A DNA stretch of 64,000 nt from Syntrophorhabdaceae bacterium (GTDB lineage: Bacteria > Desulfobacterota > Syntrophorhabdia > Syntrophorhabdales > Syntrophorhabdaceae). The notes below the pieces were generated by a model, which was given only the letters and a program-made list of their open reading frames with translations, searched no databases and was not told the DNA's origin. Shown piece by piece: positions 1-9,992 of the stretch. The stretch lies in assembly GCA_963665295.1 (NCBI GenBank), contig OY762209.1, positions 1,280,001 through 1,344,000 of the forward strand. The letters are read 5' to 3'. How positions within the stretch are numbered: the first letter of the stretch is position 1; each line of letters opens with the position of its first letter. The position numbers and the translations under genes are program-made.

Positions 1-558
1 CAACTCCCCCCGGAAGCCGACGAGGTTGAGGTAGGCCTCCAAGATCTCGCGCTTCGACCAGCGTCCCTCGATGGCGGCGGCGGCCCTGATCTGACGCGCC
101 TTCTCGCGCCAACTCCTGCGTCCCGACCGCGCGGCGAGCTTCCTGTCGATCACGGAGGCAAGCTGCATGGTGATGGTGCTCGCGCCCCTCTTTTCGCGAA
201 AAAAGGCGTTGCCCAGGACTGCGGAGAAAAAGGCAAGGGTGTCAACGCCCTGATGGGCAAAGAACCTCCTGTCCTCGGACCTCACGACTGCGGTCACGAG
301 GACGGGCGAAACGTCAACGAGGGGGACCCAGTCGAGGCTCCTTCCCTTGAGGTCAACGCGCATCTCATGGATGACCACCCCGTTCCTGTCCCTCAGGATG
401 GCGTCGGATGCGCGATATGCCTCCTTCACCTCAGGGAAGGAAGGAATCCTTACGGGTCCCGGCGCAAGATAGATGAGACCCGTGACAACGGCCGCGGCAG
501 CCAGAAAGATAAGGCCGCCGCCTCCAATGAAGAAGAGGCGTCTTCTATTTGATCTCAA
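1..558 (-). CDS. pbpC: Penicillin-binding protein 1C (transglycosylase domain), 3' part runs off the window
   Basis: Hand translation of the minus strand from TTG at 558 gives an N-terminal TM anchor, then EDRRFFAHQGVD, RGASTITMQL and WSKREILEAYLNLVGFRGEL (GT51 motifs). It overlaps the A2M stop, the classic A2M-pbpC pairing. Not in the ORF track. Confidence 0.93.
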   Translation of the reverse strand, partial: MRSNRRRLFFIGGGGLIFLAAAAVVTGLIYLAPGPVRIPSFPEVKEAYRASDAILRDRNGVVIHEMRVDLKGRSLDWVPLVDVSPVLVTAVVRSEDRRFFAHQGVDTLAFFSAVLGNAFFREKRGASTITMQLASVIDRKLAARSGRRSWREKARQIRAAAAIEGRWSKREILEAYLNLVGFRGEL

Positions 559-3500
559 AGGTCCCATTCGGCAGTTCTCCGAACATTTCCGGCGCGTAAA
601 GCGCCTCTATCCGGGTCGGGGGCACGAGGAACGCGCCCGGGTTGTTGAGCCGCATGGTGTATTCGATGGTCCATTTCCCCTTGGGCACATATTCATAGTA
701 GGCTCTGAACGCTTCGAAGGAGCGCTCTTCGTGGACGGGCCGCACCCAGCCTTTCTGCTTCTCCCCCGAGGTGAGTATGGCGGAGTCCCTGCCGAGACCG
801 CTTCCCAGGATGGCGGCGCCCGCGGGAATGGGGTCCGAAAGGGCAACCCATGTCATGTCCGACCGCGCTTCGCCTTCGATTTTCACCCGTACCACATCAC
901 CCACGCTCCATCCGCCCCCCTCCTTCCGGGTTACGGGGGTCATGCTTTTCCTGATGATGTAACCGCCGGAAAAGGCCTTTGTCCGCAAAACGGCGGCAAG
1001 GCTCTCCACCGTGACCCAGGGTTTCCCTGTTCCCTCATGGGTAAGGCTGAGGGCCCCCGCGCCTTTCGGCCACCCGAAAGAGATGGCGCCTCCTGCCTGG
1101 TGGTCGTCCCATTTGAATGTCTTTTTATCCCCCGAAAGGCCGACGGCCGTGGTGCCCGATACTGAGGCGGCCTCGAAGGCGGCGCCGAATTTCCTGAGGG
1201 CGAGCCTGCCCCACGCGTTGGCGACCGTGGTGTCCCACCGGCCCCGTTGCTGCCTGCCCATGGCCCCCTTCATGATGCGGGGTACGTCTTCGCGCCACGA
1301 GGGATTCCCGAGAAGGGTGAGGACGGTCCTCACGCTGTTCACATCACCCCCGGTCATGAGCCACCAGAGGTTGTCCGTCTTTTCCGTGGAGAATCCCATA
1401 ACCGTGCCCTGGAAATTGAGGCGGGACCGCAAGGACTCCTCCGCGGCGCGGAGTTTCTTCTCCCGGTCAGGCACGGTCTTTACCTTTGTGAGTATCTGTA
1501 TCCAATCCAGCACGGCGGACGTGGGCCACAGGTTCGGATCGATTGTGATGGACCCGAGAAGCTTCGGTTCCGCCTTGCCCCTTGCTGCGAGGGCCGCGAG
1601 GGCCGCGAGTTTCCGTATGGTGAGGTCGGCGGTGGGAAGGGGCTGGGGCCGCGAGAGCTTCCCTTGGACAAACGCGGTGAGCCCTTCCTCCATGCGGGTT
1701 GCCCTGCCGTCCGGTATCTCCCATCCCGCCTCGGCCGCCACGCTGAGCACGTAGGCGGTCAATACTTCGCTCCCCGAGGTCTGCTGGGGAAAATACCTCA
1801 GAAGCCCGTCGTTATCGAGATACGAGGGAATGCGGGCCATGACCGCGGCCCACATCGCCTTGTCCTCCAGGGCGATTGTCCGCGACACCTGCTGTTCGAG
1901 GCAGGTGAAGGGGTAGGCGCTCATATACTCCGTGATGCCGCTTACGCTGCCCGAGAGCTTTGGCCGGAGCGTCACCCTTACGCCTCCTTTCCCGGCTACC
2001 GCCCCCTTGGGCGCCTCCACGCCGAGGGAGAGTTTCCCGTCAAGCTGGGCAAGGGTCGCCTGCATGATCCTGACAGGGGCGTAGGGGGCGACTTTCTGGG
2101 TCACTTTCAAGGCATCCCGCTCACTCCCGCCTTTTGCCGTTGCCCTTACGTCCCAGGTAAGGCTCCCGGCGTCCGTGGGGACCGTTACGTCCCAGCCGAT
2201 CTCCTTTGCCTCTCCCGGGGCGATCTCTTCGGTGAGGGCGGTGAGGGCGGTCTTCCTCTTCCCTGTGTCAAAGGCCGCGTCTATCTCCACGGCAAGGGAT
2301 GCGTGCGTCGTGTTCCTCACGAGGAACCCGGCCCTGAACCGGTCGCCGGCGCGCACCAGTGCGGGCAGCCCCGAGGTAAGCATGAGGTCCTGGGTCGTTT
2401 GGATTCCCGCCTGACCCGTGCCGAACAGGTCTTTTCCTGCTGTAGCCACCGCGGCGATGGTGAAGCCCGTAAGGGAGTCGGACAGGGGTATGACCACCGA
2501 CGCCTCCCCAAATTCGTCGAGGGGCACTGCCCCGTTCCAGAAGAGGAGGGTATCGAAAAGCTCCCTGGTGGTTTGTCTGCCTCCTCCGCCTCCCCCGGGC
2601 ACGGCCTTGAGGCCGAAGTGACGTTTGCCCACCACCTGCATCTGGGCGGTGGCGGTACGCACCCCGTATCCGCGCTTCTGCATCATCTTTTCGAGAAGGG
2701 ACCAACTCCGGTTCGGCATAAGTTCGAGAAGCCCTTCATCCACCGCGGCGACGGCCACCTCCGCGCCATGGGGCAGGGGTTTGCCGCTCACAGTCACTAC
2801 CTTGATCTTTACCATTGCCTTGTCGCGGACCCGGTAGACCTTCTTCTCCGGTGATACGGTTACCTTGAGTTCATGGGCGGCCCAGCCTACGGAAATGCCC
2901 GTGATCCCGAGCTTATAGGACGGCCTGCCGAGATCGACAAGGGCCGTGGGTTTCTTGTCCGTTACCCTCCCCCTGAGACAGAGGGCGGAAACGAAGACAT
3001 TCGGCGCGTAGGACCCCTTGACGGGCAGGGTGATGACGGGGTTCTTTCCTGTAAGGCGTTTTACCTCCGCTTCGAGCACCCCTTCACGCTCCACGGTAAC
3101 GAGGACCGTGGCCTCCCTCATGGGCATTCTCACCTGGAACGAGGCGGTTTCACCCGGCTCGTACCGCTTCTTTTCGGGTATGACGTCGATCCGGTCACTC
3201 GCGCCCTGGTCGAACCACCACTCGTCCTTACCCGGCACCCAGACCGTGTCGTGGGTCACCGACGGGTTACCCGCGGAGTCAACAGCCTTTGCCTCCACGA
3301 TCACGCTCCCCGATACGGGGGACTTCACCTCGCACCGCACGACGCCTTCCTTATCGGCCACGCCTTCACACGCGGGACCGATGCGTTTCACCTCTTTCAC
3401 CCCCTGGTACGAGTAGAACCCGCCTACGAGCCGCGTCCTGTGGGAGTAATGGGTTTCTCTCAGGAGATCCGCCTTGACGGCGGTCCCCGGAAGGGGCTTG

Positions 3501-6247
3501 CCGTTGAGATCGAGGGCCAGGAGCTTGACCTTGATCACGCCTTCCGTTCCGGTTACCTCTGCTTCCACCCCTGTGAGCACCGAGGACGGCCAGAGGGGCG
3601 TCCTCCGGGACACGGTCTGTATTTCACCGTTAGGGTCCCTGAATTCGAGTTCCGTAAGGAGTTCCCTCGGTCCGGCCCAGAGGGAAATGCCCCGTATCGC
3701 CGCCCTCGCCATACCTCCCGCGCCGAGCTTCAGATCGATTGAAGGAAGGTTTTTGCCCTGGGTTCCCTGGTCGGAGGACGGGGAAGCGCCGGCTTCCTCC
3801 CCTTCCCCCATGTCCGTTTCCTGACTTCTTTTCCGTGTTTCAATACCTTCCTTAACGGCGCCTGAGGCGATGGTGAAGGTATCGTAATCGTTGAATGAAA
3901 CCTGCTTCGGCTGTGTTCTGGAAAGGAGTTTCGCAGGCAGGTTCGTCGCCCCTCCGCCCGAGAGGTATTCGACGAGAACGTCCATTTCCACCTCTTTCGC
4001 GTTAACGAGGGGAAGGGAAAGAGGCTTCAGGGTTGCCTTCATGAGGGGTACCCGGAATTCTTCAACCCTGAATTCTCCCGAAATGTACTCCCCTTCTCCG
4101 GATTGGGGCTGCTCCTTCTTCACGAGGCGCACCGTATAGCGTCCGAGCTTCGCCTCCCTGGGGATGGTCCATGACGTGAGGGCAGTCCCCTTCTTTGCGT
4201 CGAAGGTGAGGGGGAGTTCATATTTGTCTTCCTGGCCCGCGAGCTCGATCCTTACCACGTCAGGGAGGTTGTGGGCAGGAATAGCGAACCCGGACATGGT
4301 CTTCTTTCTGAAGATATGTTTCATATGGACCGTCTCGCCTGCCCTGAAAAGGGTCCTGTCGAAGATCGTGTGGGCCGTTGCCTCCGGCCCGCCCTCATCT
4401 CCAGGAAGCTTGAACCGGTAAGGCTCTATGCCCTCGTCCCAGCTCGAATGGACGAAGGTCATGTCGTCGGTGGTCCGGGCGAAAACAAAAAGGCCCGAGT
4501 ACATGGAGGCGAGGGGGCGAGCCTGCTCGGAGTCGTAGTAGGCGTCCTCGTCGCTCTGCCTTTTGCATTCCGGGAGCGTGTCCCGTGGGGGAAGTTTTTT
4601 CCCCACGTACGCGATGCCCCTTTTGTCGGTGACGCCCTGCCACAGGGCCTCACCGTTGCAATCCCTGACAGCTACCTGGGCGCCTTCCACCGGTTCCGCC
4701 CTGTCGAGGGTGGTCACCCAGACGAGTGAGGACTCACGACCCCACTTGAAGTGGGCCGAGAGGTTCGTGACGAGGGCCGCGGTGGGCACGTACATGGGCT
4801 TCCGGGCGCCCAGAAGGGCGGAGCCCAACAGTTCGCTCTTCAGTTCCACCACATAGAGCCCCTGCTTGTCGAGGGGTATACCGATCACCTCGGTGGCGCG
4901 GTCGGCCCCCGGCTTCGGCAGGCTCAGGCTTCGGGAGGAGGTGTCCCCTCGAAAGAGGGACCTCGACCTGCCTACGCCCGCCACCTTGCCCAGCCATTCG
5001 ATAATCTCCCGATCCGATTTGGCCTCATGCACCTTGCCGGTCACCCGTTCCGACACGGGAACGTCCTTCCCCACATCGAGCACCTTCCCCTGCACCAGGG
5101 CCCCGACGCTCCTCACCGTGACGGGAAGGACCGGGTCGGCCTTCTCGATAATGCCGAAACGGGAGGCGAACTTTGCGAGAGGCGGGAAGGGTCCCGTCTT
5201 TACGGTGAAGGGGAACATACCCGCGTTGGACAGGGGTCTCCCTGCGTCGTCCTTCAGGGTGCGCGGCACATTGAGGACCATGGCGGCCTTTTCAGGAAAG
5301 GGGCCCTTGAACTGTATGGACGATACCGACTCCTGCTCCTCCCTTTCAAAGGAAGACGCATATACCTTGTTCCTGCCTTTGAGGGTGACCTTTTCCGCCT
5401 GCTTTTTCGACACGGGGGCCGAAAAGGAGAGGGTCACAGGGAGCAGCCCTATGCAGTCCGCCTTCGGTTTTTCCCGGCTGCACTGGAGTTTCGCGGTAAA
5501 AGGGGGTCTTGTCTTGAAAGAAAATACCTGGTCCCGGGCAACGGCGACGCCCCCGGGCCCGCTTATCCCCTTTCCCCACCGGAAGGTGACTGCGGCATTG
5601 CCGGGAAATACCCTCTTGCACTGCACGAGATAGAGGTCCTCCGCGGTTCTCTCAGGTCCGAGCCAATACTCGCTCTTGAGGGCGGCGAGGAGGGCGTCCC
5701 GCTCCGGCCCCTTCACGATGCGCACGCCCACGCGCTCCTTGGTATCTTCCATGAAGCACGAGGCGTTCCGGGCAATAGACTCCTCGGTCGCTTCCCCGGT
5801 GAGCTTGAGGGCCAGTATCTGGTCCTCCGCTATCCGTTCCGAGCCTTCCTCGGGGTATATGTCCTTCACCTGGGGGCCTCCGGTGGAAAAGACAAAAGAC
5901 TTCAAGCCCGTAACCGCCTTCCCCTGGAGGGTCTTCACGCTCTTTTTCAAGGTAAACCGGCACTTGAGCCCTGCTTTCAGGTCCTTGTCGAAGTCATAAA
6001 CCCAATTCTTGCCGTCCGCCCACCTGCCTTTGCCCGGTGCTGCGCAACTGATGTCGAAGGGGTCCTGAAGCTCGGGAGACCCGAAAGAGACCATCTGGTC
6101 GGAGAACCTTACCGTTGCCTGCCGTACGCCTGCCGCGTCCCCCTGGGGACTGAACCTCTCGATGGAGGCCCCCCACGCCCCGGGCACTACGACAAGAAAC
6201 ATCACGGCGATCCACAGGATGCGCTGAAAAGATACTCTTTTATTCAT
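545..6247 (-). CDS. yfhM: Bacterial alpha-2-macroglobulin
   Basis: About 1900 aa with a signal peptide (start MNKRVSF at 6247), MG-domain motifs FDRTLFRAGETV, FRVEEFR and AAVDEGLL, thioester YPFTCLEQ, and C-terminal P..IEALYAPE. Confidence 0.95.
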   Translation of the reverse strand: MNKRVSFQRILWIAVMFLVVVPGAWGASIERFSPQGDAAGVRQATVRFSDQMVSFGSPELQDPFDISCAAPGKGRWADGKNWVYDFDKDLKAGLKCRFTLKKSVKTLQGKAVTGLKSFVFSTGGPQVKDIYPEEGSERIAEDQILALKLTGEATEESIARNASCFMEDTKERVGVRIVKGPERDALLAALKSEYWLGPERTAEDLYLVQCKRVFPGNAAVTFRWGKGISGPGGVAVARDQVFSFKTRPPFTAKLQCSREKPKADCIGLLPVTLSFSAPVSKKQAEKVTLKGRNKVYASSFEREEQESVSSIQFKGPFPEKAAMVLNVPRTLKDDAGRPLSNAGMFPFTVKTGPFPPLAKFASRFGIIEKADPVLPVTVRSVGALVQGKVLDVGKDVPVSERVTGKVHEAKSDREIIEWLGKVAGVGRSRSLFRGDTSSRSLSLPKPGADRATEVIGIPLDKQGLYVVELKSELLGSALLGARKPMYVPTAALVTNLSAHFKWGRESSLVWVTTLDRAEPVEGAQVAVRDCNGEALWQGVTDKRGIAYVGKKLPPRDTLPECKRQSDEDAYYDSEQARPLASMYSGLFVFARTTDDMTFVHSSWDEGIEPYRFKLPGDEGGPEATAHTIFDRTLFRAGETVHMKHIFRKKTMSGFAIPAHNLPDVVRIELAGQEDKYELPLTFDAKKGTALTSWTIPREAKLGRYTVRLVKKEQPQSGEGEYISGEFRVEEFRVPLMKATLKPLSLPLVNAKEVEMDVLVEYLSGGGATNLPAKLLSRTQPKQVSFNDYDTFTIASGAVKEGIETRKRSQETDMGEGEEAGASPSSDQGTQGKNLPSIDLKLGAGGMARAAIRGISLWAGPRELLTELEFRDPNGEIQTVSRRTPLWPSSVLTGVEAEVTGTEGVIKVKLLALDLNGKPLPGTAVKADLLRETHYSHRTRLVGGFYSYQGVKEVKRIGPACEGVADKEGVVRCEVKSPVSGSVIVEAKAVDSAGNPSVTHDTVWVPGKDEWWFDQGASDRIDVIPEKKRYEPGETASFQVRMPMREATVLVTVEREGVLEAEVKRLTGKNPVITLPVKGSYAPNVFVSALCLRGRVTDKKPTALVDLGRPSYKLGITGISVGWAAHELKVTVSPEKKVYRVRDKAMVKIKVVTVSGKPLPHGAEVAVAAVDEGLLELMPNRSWSLLEKMMQKRGYGVRTATAQMQVVGKRHFGLKAVPGGGGGGRQTTRELFDTLLFWNGAVPLDEFGEASVVIPLSDSLTGFTIAAVATAGKDLFGTGQAGIQTTQDLMLTSGLPALVRAGDRFRAGFLVRNTTHASLAVEIDAAFDTGKRKTALTALTEEIAPGEAKEIGWDVTVPTDAGSLTWDVRATAKGGSERDALKVTQKVAPYAPVRIMQATLAQLDGKLSLGVEAPKGAVAGKGGVRVTLRPKLSGSVSGITEYMSAYPFTCLEQQVSRTIALEDKAMWAAVMARIPSYLDNDGLLRYFPQQTSGSEVLTAYVLSVAAEAGWEIPDGRATRMEEGLTAFVQGKLSRPQPLPTADLTIRKLAALAALAARGKAEPKLLGSITIDPNLWPTSAVLDWIQILTKVKTVPDREKKLRAAEESLRSRLNFQGTVMGFSTEKTDNLWWLMTGGDVNSVRTVLTLLGNPSWREDVPRIMKGAMGRQQRGRWDTTVANAWGRLALRKFGAAFEAASVSGTTAVGLSGDKKTFKWDDHQAGGAISFGWPKGAGALSLTHEGTGKPWVTVESLAAVLRTKAFSGGYIIRKSMTPVTRKEGGGWSVGDVVRVKIEGEARSDMTWVALSDPIPAGAAILGSGLGRDSAILTSGEKQKGWVRPVHEERSFEAFRAYYEYVPKGKWTIEYTMRLNNPGAFLVPPTRIEALYAPEMFGELPNGTFEIK

Positions 6248-6507
6248 GGTCCCCCCCATTCGACAGGTTTCCGCCCCGGCCCGGGCGCATTTACCCACAT
6301 AATAGTGCATACCACGGTTTTTTTAAAGGCAAAAAAAGGCCGCGGGGCGGTCATATTCTGTGGGGATCGTCTGGTATATCCGTATCCCCGGCTCCGGGAC
6401 TGCGGGGGGCAATGGAATTATCGTCCGGGGTTGTCCGGCATATCGAAAGCGACATTCGGGGAAGCAAACTCTATGTTTGTGCCATCCATGACGCAACTCT
6501 GAACGGC

Positions 6508-7200
6508 CTACTTGGTGGTATCTGCGGTATAACCCTTCGGGCATTCAAATAGGCGCATTTGCAGATCCCCGTGTCCGTTGCGTTTCGCGACGCCGTGAAA
6601 TGAGTTCTCTTCGACATCTTCGTTTCCCCACTGATGCCATCCGGGACGAGGGAATCTCGCAAAGAGTTCAAGGTACGGCCCGGGCGAACATTTCTCAACA
6701 AGGTCATAAATTTCATCGGGTTTTCTTGAATGCTCCCGCTTCCTGCTGGCGAGGAGGTTGACTTGCGTCCGGCCGGGTTGCAGTGTCCTTATCGAGCCAC
6801 GAATACCGAAAAGAATAAGCTCGGTAACGTTGCGAAAATAGAAACCCACGCCCCTCCCGTCAGGGCCACCGTCTTTGCGAACCTTAGACCAAACGAGGTT
6901 GGTCTTGTAGGTGAACCCCCAACTGCGCATGACTTCAAGGCCTTCCTGAAGCAACGCATTCGGTACCCACAGGTAGAGATGAGCTCTTGTTGCGGCGAGT
7001 CTGTCTATTGGTAATTGTTTTATTTCTTCAAGATTCATAGTGGGATATCTGAGCAGGCGTCTGTGCTCGGGGGCCACTTTTCCTGTCCGGTTTTGGAACT
7101 GCCAGGGAGGGTCGGCTAGGATAGTAGAGTACGGCCCCTCTGCCTTCGACAGCAGGTCCTCAGAAGGGGTTGTCCCCGCAATATTGATAACCTTCGTCAT
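6508..7200 (-). CDS. MT-A70 family adenine methyltransferase
   Basis: TILADPPW, HLYLW, WGFTYKT, HSRKPDE and YLELFAR motifs. Start ATG at 7200 overlaps the upstream stop (ATGA). Confidence 0.92.
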   Translation of the reverse strand: MTKVINIAGTTPSEDLLSKAEGPYSTILADPPWQFQNRTGKVAPEHRRLLRYPTMNLEEIKQLPIDRLAATRAHLYLWVPNALLQEGLEVMRSWGFTYKTNLVWSKVRKDGGPDGRGVGFYFRNVTELILFGIRGSIRTLQPGRTQVNLLASRKREHSRKPDEIYDLVEKCSPGPYLELFARFPRPGWHQWGNEDVEENSFHGVAKRNGHGDLQMRLFECPKGYTADTTK

Positions 7201-7949
7201 GGCAAACACTCCTTGGCGCCTCTCAAGGTTATAATTTCCTTGGGCAAACCTATCAAGAGAAGAGGACAGGGGTTCCCTACACCGCGCTTTACACGATCCT
7301 GAAGCTTCCCCCAGTGAGTCGTCGCCTCGCCGAATTTGTCCGAAACGAACTCGTGTGCCCAACCTTTGAAGAATGATCCTTTTGACTTAGTGGCTTTCTC
7401 ATACAACGCCCTCTGGCGCGATGTCGGCGTGTAGAATTGTGAAAGCTTGTCCAAGCCGTCTATGCCCTGGATGACCGCGTACTCCTCGATAAGCCGCCGA
7501 AGGCTTTCGTGCAGAGACGTGCCTCGAGTGATTATGGCCCCAATTGATATGACGCCGTCCGCATGTAGCCTCTTAAAGTTTTCAAGGTCCCTGTCAAAGA
7601 AGGGATCCTTATTGTTCCACTCGATCTCTAACGCAAACGTTCCCTTCTCAAACTCTTTGACATGATCGATCTCGTGGGAGATCGACTCCTTTTCTTTTCC
7701 GTCTACGATCTTCTTAATCTCGAAATTGTGCTTTTTCCACCCATACGCGGCGGACAATTTTTTGCGTATCCTTTGAGTTATTTGCCCTTCGCCGCCTCCG
7801 CCGCGGATCAACTCTTCGATGGGGATGACGACATCAAGGAGAACAGCCTCAAGTTCGCGTGCCGCGATCGGCATATCGTGTTTGAGGATCGCTTCGGCAT
7901 GGTGGAGAGTGAGAATCTGAAAACCCTTTTCCTTTATCTTCTCAAACAT
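7197..7949 (-). CDS. BglII/BstYI-like type II restriction endonuclease
   Basis: HEIDHVK...ALEIEWNNKDPFFDRDL PD-(D/E)xK-like core. Translationally coupled to the MTase. Visibly AT-richer than the flanks. Confidence 0.8.
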   Translation of the reverse strand: MFEKIKEKGFQILTLHHAEAILKHDMPIAARELEAVLLDVVIPIEELIRGGGGEGQITQRIRKKLSAAYGWKKHNFEIKKIVDGKEKESISHEIDHVKEFEKGTFALEIEWNNKDPFFDRDLENFKRLHADGVISIGAIITRGTSLHESLRRLIEEYAVIQGIDGLDKLSQFYTPTSRQRALYEKATKSKGSFFKGWAHEFVSDKFGEATTHWGKLQDRVKRGVGNPCPLLLIGLPKEIITLRGAKECLP

Positions 7950-8070
7950 TCCTCGCTCCGGATCAACTATCTTTCTTTATTATAACACCGTCATCTTACT
8001 GTGCATCCGAGAAAATGACAATAACAAAATGAGCGACAGAGAGGGCAGCGGCACCCACGTGTTATCAAGG

Positions 8071-8123
8071 TTGCATAACCTATCTTTAGGAGGTATAATA
8101 GATACACCCAAAAAGGATGTATT
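8071..8123 (+). promoter_or_regulatory. Sigma70-type promoter and putative operator of the TA operon
   Basis: TTGCAT-N17-TATAAT (8071-8099). A near-palindrome AGGTTGCATAACCT covers the -35 box, and an inverted repeat ATACA-N-TGTAT lies downstream. Confidence 0.6.
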
Positions 8124-8139
8124 ATGCAGGAGGTACCAT

Positions 8140-8379
8140 ATGAGACATGCACATCGCAAGGTCAATTTCCTCATCGAAGAAGATGTGGCGCGCGAGATGG
8201 AGGACCTTATCCCCTCGGGAAAACGGAGTAAAGTCGTAAACGAAGCTCTGCGCAAAGAATTGCAGTTGATAAAAAGGAGGTCGGCTGTGGAAAATATCCT
8301 CGCCGAGTCCGGCCGCGGCAGGAAGCTCGGTACAGCCGCCATCGTCGCCGGTCTCGCGTCGGACAGGAAGGGTCACTGA
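8140..8379 (+). CDS. Ribbon-helix-helix type antitoxin (VapB-like)
   Basis: 79 aa after GGAGG RBS, with KVNFLIEEDV..RSKVVNEALRKEL. TGATG overlap with the PIN toxin gene. Confidence 0.8.
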   Translation: MRHAHRKVNFLIEEDVAREMEDLIPSGKRSKVVNEALRKELQLIKRRSAVENILAESGRGRKLGTAAIVAGLASDRKGH

Positions 8380-8840
8380 TGCGAAATATAGTCGTGGATG
8401 CCTCCGTTATATTAAAGTGGGTGATCGGAGAGGGGAGCGAGCCGGACCAGGATCGGGCTATGGCTATCCTTGACGAATGGGCCGAAGGAAATGTGGACAT
8501 CCATGTCCCCGCCCTGTGGCAGTATGAAGTCGCCAACTTCCTTGGCCGGGAGTCTCCCCATGAGGCTGAAGAGAAGATGGGAATGCTTCGAGACCTTGGA
8601 CTCAAAGAGGTTGTCCTCACGGACGGCATGTTGAAACGGTGTTTCCAATGGATGAAAACCTTCACGGGGACGTTCTACGATGCCTCTTATCTGGCGGTAG
8701 CCTACGAGTCCGGGGCCGTCCTTATTACCGCAGATGTAAGCTTTGCGAAGAAAATGGGGGCGGCAGAGATGATCATGGCCCTGAAAGACCTGGACCTCAG
8801 CAAGCCTTTGAATCCATCCGGAGAATCGCGGAAGGAATAG
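8379..8840 (+). CDS. vapC: PIN-domain toxin
   Basis: IVVDASVILKW, YEVAN, FYDASYLAVA and LITAD acidic PIN motifs. Confidence 0.92.
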   Translation: MRNIVVDASVILKWVIGEGSEPDQDRAMAILDEWAEGNVDIHVPALWQYEVANFLGRESPHEAEEKMGMLRDLGLKEVVLTDGMLKRCFQWMKTFTGTFYDASYLAVAYESGAVLITADVSFAKKMGAAEMIMALKDLDLSKPLNPSGESRKE

Positions 8841-8895
8841 CAACAAGAGCCTTTGGTGCCAAATTTCGGCCGTGGAGAAATATGTAGATGCGCGC

Positions 8896-9081
8896 CTATG
8901 GCAATTGGCCCGCCTCTTCGACAGTCTTCCACTGAAATGTCCGTATCTTCGCCTTGAAATGACTCCACCTGTTGGTCAAAAACTGATAACGGCCGGCCAC
9001 AATTCCGGGTGAGATGCCGAGTTCCCTTGCCATATCGGCTACCTCCCGGTTGGCGCGGAACCTCTTGATCTCTTCGTTATA
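8896..9081 (-). pseudogene. C-terminal remnant of a HigA-HTH/ImmA-IrrE fusion antitoxin
   Basis: The minus frame reads ...MARELGISPGIVAGRYQFLTNRWSHFKAKIRTFQW..*, resembling the C-terminal GIxPGIVxGR motif of HigA-IrrE proteins. There is an in-frame stop a few codons upstream and no N-terminus. Confidence 0.6.
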
Positions 9082-9332
9082 AGGACTTCTGTTTCCTCAA
9101 GACATAAGCACGCCGGGATCGCTACCTCACAGAAGCGTGTCGTGCAATTCCGGAGGGGCGTAATCCGTGTATCCTGAACCGGTGAAGCGATTTGCCCCGG
9201 TTCCGACCCTCTTTTTTTATGACGTTAAGGCCTGACGATTCGGGAACTGATGATTATTATATAGTAAACGCTTTACGAGTGAGGCAATGGAGTTGTCCGG
9301 CACGATCATGCCGCCTATAAGGAGGATTATTT

Positions 9333-9809
9333 ATGGCAGAGTCGATTTTGAACGGGAAGAAGATACTGGCCGTCGATGACGAACCGGATGTACTGACACT
9401 GCTCGGCGAGGAGATCTCCGCGAAGTGCCCCGACTGCACCATGGATACGGCCACGAACTATGAGGCGGCGGTGGAGCTGTTGAAGTCCAGGGAATATGAC
9501 GTGGTCATCCTCGACATCATGGGCGTCCGCGGGTTCGATCTCCTGGAGATGGCCGTTTCCCGGAACCTTAAGGTCGCCATGCTCACGGCCCATGCCCTGA
9601 GCCCCGAAGCCCTCAAGAAATCGCACGATATGGGCGCCAGGGCGTATCTTCCCAAGGAAAGGCTGGGTGATCTGGTCCCTTTCCTTGAAGACGTGTTGCG
9701 GTACGAGTTCATCCCCGGATGGATTCACCTTATGGACCGGCTGGAGGACCACTTTAACGAGAAGTTCGGACCTGACTGGAAGGTAAAGTCAGGCTTCGTA
9801 TCGTGGTAG
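9333..9809 (+). CDS. Stand-alone response regulator receiver protein
   Basis: ILAVDDE, ILDIMG, MLTAH and YLPK receiver motifs. AGGAG RBS. Confidence 0.9.
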   Translation: MAESILNGKKILAVDDEPDVLTLLGEEISAKCPDCTMDTATNYEAAVELLKSREYDVVILDIMGVRGFDLLEMAVSRNLKVAMLTAHALSPEALKKSHDMGARAYLPKERLGDLVPFLEDVLRYEFIPGWIHLMDRLEDHFNEKFGPDWKVKSGFVSW

Positions 9810-9992
9810 TGAGGATGCGGGAAGAAAGGGTCCGTTTCGGCCTTCGGCGAGGCAACTATTATTGGAGGCTCCGCATATTCTTCGAAAGAGTTGTTTCCTT
9901 GTGTGGTATACTGTCCCTTGGTCAATCAACGCCCTTGCCCGGACCTGGAGACCGGAACCTGTACTGAGAATTCGTTAAGGGGGGTTTAAGAC

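Noticed and set aside
1247..6502. Long plus-strand ORFs (1247-2854, 2873-3742, 4751-6502)
   Set aside because: They are antisense shadows of the A2M gene in GC-rich DNA, with no recognisable motifs.
9333..9809. Receiver protein as a KaiA substitute
   Set aside because: It has canonical phospho-receiver residues and no KaiA C-terminal helical domain.
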